Of a stretch of 18,720 nucleotides of DNA, positions 1 to 6,700 are shown one piece after another (within the stretch, counting starts at the first letter, position 1; each line of letters starts with the position of its first letter). The DNA comes from an uncultured bacterium (GTDB lineage Bacteria > SAR324 > NAC60-12), in the NCBI GenBank assembly GCA_964010765.1, contig CAXGMD010000069.1, positions 1-18,720 on the forward strand. Direction: 5' to 3'. Under the pieces are notes generated by a model that was not told the DNA's origin, searched no databases, and worked only from the letters and a program-made list of their open reading frames with translations. A program made the position numbers and the translations under genes.

Positions 1-451
1 TGGTATTTGAGGCTGATGGGATTGTGAAATTGTCGGTAACACCGTAATCAATGGCTCCGTCATCAAGAGTTTGGCTGGTCAGTTTGCTAAGTAGTTGATT
101 AGAGGTGAGGACTGTGGCGTAGCGGTAGATAAAGAGTTGGAGAGAAGCGTTGAGATCAAGCGATAAGGTGATTTGGTTGGAGCTTAAATCTAAAACTCCG
201 TAACTGCGATAGTCAGTGGGTCCTTTCTCAGAGAAGGTAGTCCCACCAGCAACAACAACGATGAACTCGGTGTTCCGTGAACTGGAGCCGGCACGAACAC
301 TCCGCTCGGATGTGCGATGTTGAAGGGTAAGGGTAACTTCCGCTTTATCGAGAGCTTCCCCTTCCTTCGGCAATGGGGCGCAGGTGCTCAGGAAAAAAGA
401 AAGGATCAGCAATAGATAGATCGTTTTTTTCTGTAACCGAGGTAGGGGCAT
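1..451 (-). CDS. 5' part (150 codons, runs off the window) of a predicted lipoprotein, tandem paralog of the 2799-aa surface protein
   Basis: Hand translation from the ATG at 451 is open to the window edge: MPLPRLQKKTIYLLLILSFFLSTCAPLPKEGEALDKAEVTLTLQHR...TEFIVVVAGGTTFSEKGP...NQITLSLDLNASLQLFIYRYA...GVTDNFTIPSASNT. It has a basic/hydrophobic signal peptide ending in L-S-T-C and about 81 of 122 identities (hand alignment) to the N-terminus of 793..9192. Confidence 0.9.
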   Translation of the reverse strand, partial: MPLPRLQKKTIYLLLILSFFLSTCAPLPKEGEALDKAEVTLTLQHRTSERSVRAGSSSRNTEFIVVVAGGTTFSEKGPTDYRSYGVLDLSSNQITLSLDLNASLQLFIYRYATVLTSNQLLSKLTSQTLDDGAIDYGVTDNFTIPSASNT

Positions 452-528
452 GCGTTATTATTTTTGATGGGAAATTTCAGGCAAGGCTCATGATTTTGCT
501 TAAGAAATAACTTAATTCAAGTACTGGA

Positions 529-544
529 TGCAACAATTATTGCA
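529..544. promoter_or_regulatory. Palindrome TGCAA-N6-TTGCA, candidate operator upstream of the paralog gene
   Basis: TGCAA CAATTA TTGCA about 78 bp upstream of the ATG at 451. The same arms and spacing recur at 15364-15379. Confidence 0.3.
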
Positions 545-704
545 CGAGTGAAGAAAAGTTTGAACTGTCCCTGGAATGAAGACCAGCAGAATTCAATAGA
601 ATCATATTTGAGAGAAGAGGATCACTCGATGAAGGTGATGATGACTTTCCCCATGTCCGCTTTTGAAAACTCCAAAATTTATGATGCTTGAAGTTCTAAA
701 GGTG

Positions 705-730
705 AGTGATTAGTCATGATCTTAATCACT
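705..730. repeat. Intergenic inverted repeat AGTGATTA-N10-TAATCACT
   Basis: Perfect 8-bp arms with an internal TCATGA palindrome, about 60 nt downstream of the giant gene's stop. It is AT-rich with no U-tract, so it is not a classic terminator. Confidence 0.5.
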
Positions 731-792
731 GTTTGTGATGTTTGATGACAAGCTGAGAATACTACCTGATATTCAAACGTTTAAAGCAATCA

Positions 793-3700
793 CTATTGCG
801 AACAAACGACAGATAGTGATTGAGTGTTACTGCCACAGGACCCGCCAATACCGCCCCAATTTTGATTTCCTATGCAAGGTCTTACAGTAAAGGCCGCGTC
901 ACAGGTACAGATACCACTAGTTGAGGCTGACAATTCTATGCCACCGCATGTGCCGACCCTCCAAGTTGTTCCACCGCACTCTGAAGAAGTGGGTGTGCCA
1001 CTTTTTAAAGCATTACAGAGTTCTGTAGCTGCAGATCCAGAACATATTTTTCCGATTGAATCGTTAGATCCATTAATTCTTATTGAAGAATAATTTCCAT
1101 TTAAGCTATCCCGGAAATGATTCCAATTAGTGCACTGGCTGCTGGATGATGAGAGAGTACCCGCGGTGAAATTTTCAGAATACGAAACCTCAATCACAAT
1201 CCAAGAAATGTTGTCAGAGTAGGATCCAGAAACATTCCCTGCCTCATCCTTGAACCAGACCTGTATTTCGCGCATTCCAGTCCCCGTTAACGTAAAGTTG
1301 TCTGAGCCACTGGATGGATAGTCCCGCCATCCTGCTGCTGTCGCAGAGGGGATGCTTGTAGCAGAGTCGTCTGTAGCAAAGTAGTGGCTGGCACCCATAA
1401 CATTGTAGAAGCTTAGAGTGACCGTCGAGGAGGTAGTGTTGTCGGCTCCATTGTTGATCAAGATGGAATTGGCCGTGGGGGAGACATTGTCAAAGGTGAT
1501 GTTTTCCATGAGGAAGCCGGAAATGTTCTGGGCGGCATCCTTAAACCAGAGGTAGATCTGTTTGGCTCCCTGCCCCGAACTCAGCTGAAAGGTTCCCGAA
1601 GTGCTGAAAGATTGCCAGCTGGAGGCGTTGTCTAAAGGTGGGGTGCTGTTTTCGCTAAGGTACATGCCAACAGCTGCAACATCATCAGTCGCACTCGCAG
1701 TGAAACTGACATTGGCTGAATTGGTGAAGTTGTCATTGCCTGCCGTTCCCAGCAATGAAAAGCTGAGGTGTTGGGGTGGGGTAGTATCGAGTCGGGTGAT
1801 GTTATCCGAGAAGGGTTGGGAGATATTGCTTGCCTGGTCTTGGAAGCGCACCTGGATTTGGCGTTCGCCATACAGCGGACTACCCAAGGTGAAATTGGTT
1901 GTGAAGTTGATGTTGTCTGATGGAGTCAGATTGTCGGAAATCCACGGCAACTCAGTAAAACTGCCATTGTCTGTGACTTGGTAGGCCACAATCGGCGAAG
2001 CATCCCGGGAAGTGAGGTTCAAGGTCAGCGTGTCCGAGGTGGTGTTATCGGCACCACTGTTGACCAACACACCTCCTTCGAGCGGAGGAACTGAGTCACT
2101 GACATTGATAAGTGCATGAATTTCATCCTGGTTCAGAGCCCGGTTGTAAAGCATGACTTCATCAATTTGTCCTCGCCAACCAAAGGAAGCTGAACCATCA
2201 GAATTTGGTTCTGCACCAATCGAAAGAGGAACTGATCCATGAACGATCTCATTAGCACTACTTGCTAGTTCAGCAATGTTCCCATCTATGTATAAAATTT
2301 GTTGATCTGAGGAATGGTCATGTACCACTGCAAAGTGATGCCAACCATTTTGAAGAGATGACGTTGGGTGTGTAAGAGAAACATAGCTTGAGCCAAGCAT
2401 AATTTGACTGCGGATTTTACTCACCCCTGAATCCACAAAGCAGCCTAAATTGTATCCACTGGACTGTGTTTTGGAGAGAATCAATTTTGTACTATTACAG
2501 CTAGTACTCCAATCATCAGAGTATGCCCAAACACTAATAGTCAGACTGCCAGTTGGTTTAAACAAGCTATTATCATTGATTTGAAGGTAATCACCGCCAC
2601 CAAAAGACATAGCCTTAGCATTGCCATTCAACCTGCTTGTAGAACTGGTAGCTCCATGGTTCGTCGCATCCAATGAATTTGTTCCTAGGTCAGCTCCATT
2701 TCCATTCATTGGATAGTAGGCAATCAGCCCATCACTGAGATTCGCACTTGGATTGATCGTGTCGGTGGTGAAGGGGAGGAGCCGGTTGATCTGGAAGATG
2801 GACTTGTTGTCACTCTGCTTCTTCAAACCAGTAGTGCCGATCAATTGATATGCAGTGGAGTTATCAAGTGGGCCATCCGGTACAAAACGAAGCGTGATGT
2901 TGTCAGGATCCATTAGCGGAGTGCCGGAAGAGAGGCTGCCGTTGTCTTGTTGCAAGAAGAAGTTGGTTGGATTGAGCGAATCTGGATTTAACGGATAGCT
3001 CAGCCGCATCCAGAGTTCAGGGGTCCGGTTGATATCTGTCGCGTTGTCACGCATTGAAGCGACGATCAAACCGCTACCTTCGGTGTACCAGACATCATTG
3101 AATCTTTGCCCAGCACCATTGTCTCCTGTAGCAATCCAGAGTTTGTTGTCGAATATAGTAGAGGTGAATCTAGAACGGGCAGGCCAGTCAGCGGCATCAA
3201 CCAACTCTATCCAGTTTGTGCCATCAGCTGTGTACCAGACATCATTAAAATTTAAATCTGGAGCAGAGCTGTCATTTCTTACTTCACCCCCGATCACCCA
3301 AATTTTGTTATCAAAGATAACGGCTTGATGATCCCATCGTGGTTCCCAGATTGCGCCCTGTGGGGTTACGGTTTGCCAGGTTTTACCATCAGAACTGTTA
3401 CGGATAGTGTTGATAAGTGTTCCAGGGTTTGGACCTTGCCAACCGCCAAGCATCCAGATTTTGCCATCAAAAACGACTGCGGTGGATTCAGCCCCATAAT
3501 CAACCCAGACTGAAGAAGTATTTTCTTGATCCCAATTGGTTCCATCAACAGAACTCCAGGCATCATTTTTCCAGCCGCTATTATGCCCCCCAATCACCCA
3601 AAGTCGGTCGTTGAAGACAACTGTAGAGTTGCGCCAACGCTTGCTCCATTCAGAATTTTCTGTAATTGACCAAGTAACCCCATTTGGAGAGCTCCAAATA

Positions 3701-6700
3701 GAGTTTGGATTAGCACCAGAACCCGAGTGCCCTCCCAGCACCCAGAGTTTGTTCTGGAAGACTGTGCTGGAGTGGTTTTGCCGTTGTACCCACATTTCGA
3801 GAGATTGGGTCGAAGTGCTAAATATGCTCCAGTCTACGCCATTTTCAGAGGTCCAGATTTGATTGGACACTGAGCCATTGTTGCCCCCTAGCAGCCAAAG
3901 CTTATTTTGGAAGACTTCCAAACGCGCTGCATTCAATGGTAGAAAGTCTGCGTTGGCGGTGGCCTGGATCCAGATTGCTCCTAGTTGGCCAGTGGTGAAG
4001 GTGTGGGTGAAGTTATCGATGATACTTTGCTGATCAGCGCTCCGAATATTCTGGAACTGAATCGTATATACGGTCCCTGCCACCAGAGGTTCAGCAGGCT
4101 GCAAAGTGAGGATTTGGGAAGTGTTGTCGTAACTGAAGTTGTCTAGACGGACTGCAGGAGTAATTTTGAGCGTATCTCCGAAAATCAAGGTGTTGTTGTC
4201 CAGAGGACGGTTGAAGCCGATCTGAATTCCTGCGGATCGACTGGCAGCGTTCGCATTGTCAAGGCCATCATGCAGTACACAGCTGACCTGCAGCGGTTCA
4301 TTTTGCCAGCGTAACCGAGGATAGTCACAGGCACTGCCTGGATCCCAAATATTATTAAAGTCCCAGCCTGTGTAGGTCTGTGCACCGTCGACAATATCAG
4401 TGCTAGTCAGGGTGTGTTTAAGTTGGGTTTCCGTACGATTATCACCAATAGTATTGAAAGAGCTTTGGGCTAACTGACTGTTATAATAAGTATTGATGAC
4501 AATGCCACCAGAATCATTATCGCCAACCACCCCACCAATGTCAGTTCCACCCGAAATAGATCCTATAGCATAAGAATTTTTTATGGGTCCAGCACCACTA
4601 TATCGACCAGTAAGCCCTCCCAAAAACATTCCTGAGCCGCCTAAACTGTCAGTAATATCAGTCAATGCATAGCTGTTAGTAATTGAGCCATTAGCTAAAT
4701 TTCCAACCAGTCCTCCAACTTTATTGTCACCAGCAACATTGCCCATTACAGAAGATAACTGGATTGAACCAGCAGCCATTCTGCCAACAAGACCTCCAAC
4801 TGAATCTTGTCCACTCAGGTTTAAATTTTTGATGGATATCTTTGAAATGCTTCCGAAGCTTTCCCCGATGATTCCCCCAGATTTGCTGTGCAATCCAACG
4901 ACTGTCAAATTATCTATTTCGATGTGTGAAATGGATCCAGTGGTTTGTTTGCCGGATAGCAACCCAACCCTTTCGTATCCCCGAATGTAAGCATCTTTAA
5001 ATTTCAAATCATTGATAGTACCGGAAACAAAACGAAAAAATCCTGTAAAGTTATCAGTTTGATTGTCAATGATTAGGTTACTAATGGTGTAGTTATCTCC
5101 ATTTATGGTTCCATTAAATTTATTTGTAGATGTTCCAAGTGGAGTCCAAACTTTTGTTAAAATTATATTATTAGTGAATGTATAATGAGCATTCATATTT
5201 TTGATAATTTCCCTCAGACCTTCCTCATTGCTGATCAGAAACGGATCTGTTGCAGAACCACCTCCCAACATTTGAGTTTGGAAAGGGATCTGGGTAGGAG
5301 AGATCGAGTTCCCGATAAAGTCTCGAATGCTTGAATGAAGATAGAGAGTATAGTTCGTGAGACTGCTCAGGTTTTCGATCGGATCAAAAATCAGTGATCG
5401 GTTATCGTTTGGATCTAAATAGAGATTTCCAGCTACAGTAGTATTGTCTGACCTGCGCAATTCCACGCTAGAAGCTTGAATTGTGCTGCCATCCAAAGGT
5501 TTATCAAAGGTAATCGTCAGATTATCCGCAACGCTAAATCCAGTTTCATTGTTGGCTGGTGTGCTACTGGTGATTTCCGGTGGGTTTGGATCTGCTACAG
5601 CGTAGAGAGCTTTGATTTCTGCAATCTGTAATGGTCGATTGTAAACTCTTATCTCATCTAGCTTGCCTCTAAAATAATGCAAGTCATGACTCCAGCCAAT
5701 TGTTAAATTATCAGACGAAGCGGTGTTCAAAGATAAAATAGATTGATCAATAACGTTTTGAAGATTGTAATAATATTTTAGATAATTCTGATCATATAAA
5801 AGACAATGTAGATTCCATCTACTATTATCGCTAATCCCAGAATTTATATCAGAATTATGTTTCCATAAAGACCATTGATCAGAATCATTCAAATAGATTC
5901 CAAATCCTCCATTAGTAACATCGTCTCCATATCTTACGGGCATTCCATTATTGTCATCATTAGATCTAATCCAAGCACATAAACTTCTTTTACTGTTGCC
6001 AAATGGTAATTTTGTATTTGTGATCCCTTTAACGTAGTCATCAACTCCATCAAGCTCTAAAGAATTATTTTCTCTGTTAAAACGATCTCGAGTTAATGAT
6101 GGTCCTCCATTAGCAACCGCAGTTTCTTGGTTTTGTCTCTCAACTGGGGGATTCTCATCCAAAGGATAGTAAGCGACCAACCCCTGGTTAAGGTCGAGGG
6201 TTTGATTATCACTCTGGAAGTGAAAGACCTGCGAAGCATAGAGTGAGAGGTTGTCAACATGTCCCTTGATCTCTAACTGGTAGCCCTGCTCCGGTTGCAG
6301 CGGTCCCTCCATCCAAAAGACCAGGCTGTCGTTATCGATATTCCATTGACCAGAGACACTCTGATTGTCTGAGCTGCGACTAACTCGAAGCTGCTCCAGT
6401 GGATAGCTGCTACTGAGGGTCTGTGGGTACTTGAGGGTCAAGGCTGCATAGCGATTGGCAGTTGGGCTGCTCTGATTATCGAGTCTCTCTTCTCCATCAT
6501 AGAGCCGAGACCAATATGCAGTCCTTGTGCTGAGTGCAGCAATGTTGCCCGCCTGATCCTTGAGCCACAGAGAGAGGGTTTGTTGCTGCAGGTCACTGGT
6601 ATTATCTAGCGCTATTGAATAGTACTGCTGTCCTGTTGCTTGCCAATTAGCGTCATGCATTGCCGGAGTCGAAGCATTATCCAATTGAGCCAGTAAGAAG

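Noticed and set aside
452..1200. Diversity-generating retroelement target (variable C-terminal tip with a template repeat in the spacer)
   Set aside because: The 452-792 spacer shows no similarity to the 3' end of the giant gene, and no reverse transcriptase is in the window.
3083..3246. 17-bp direct repeat as a CRISPR repeat or att site
   Set aside because: Only two copies, both encoding NDVWY in adjacent Kelch blades; explained by the protein repeat.
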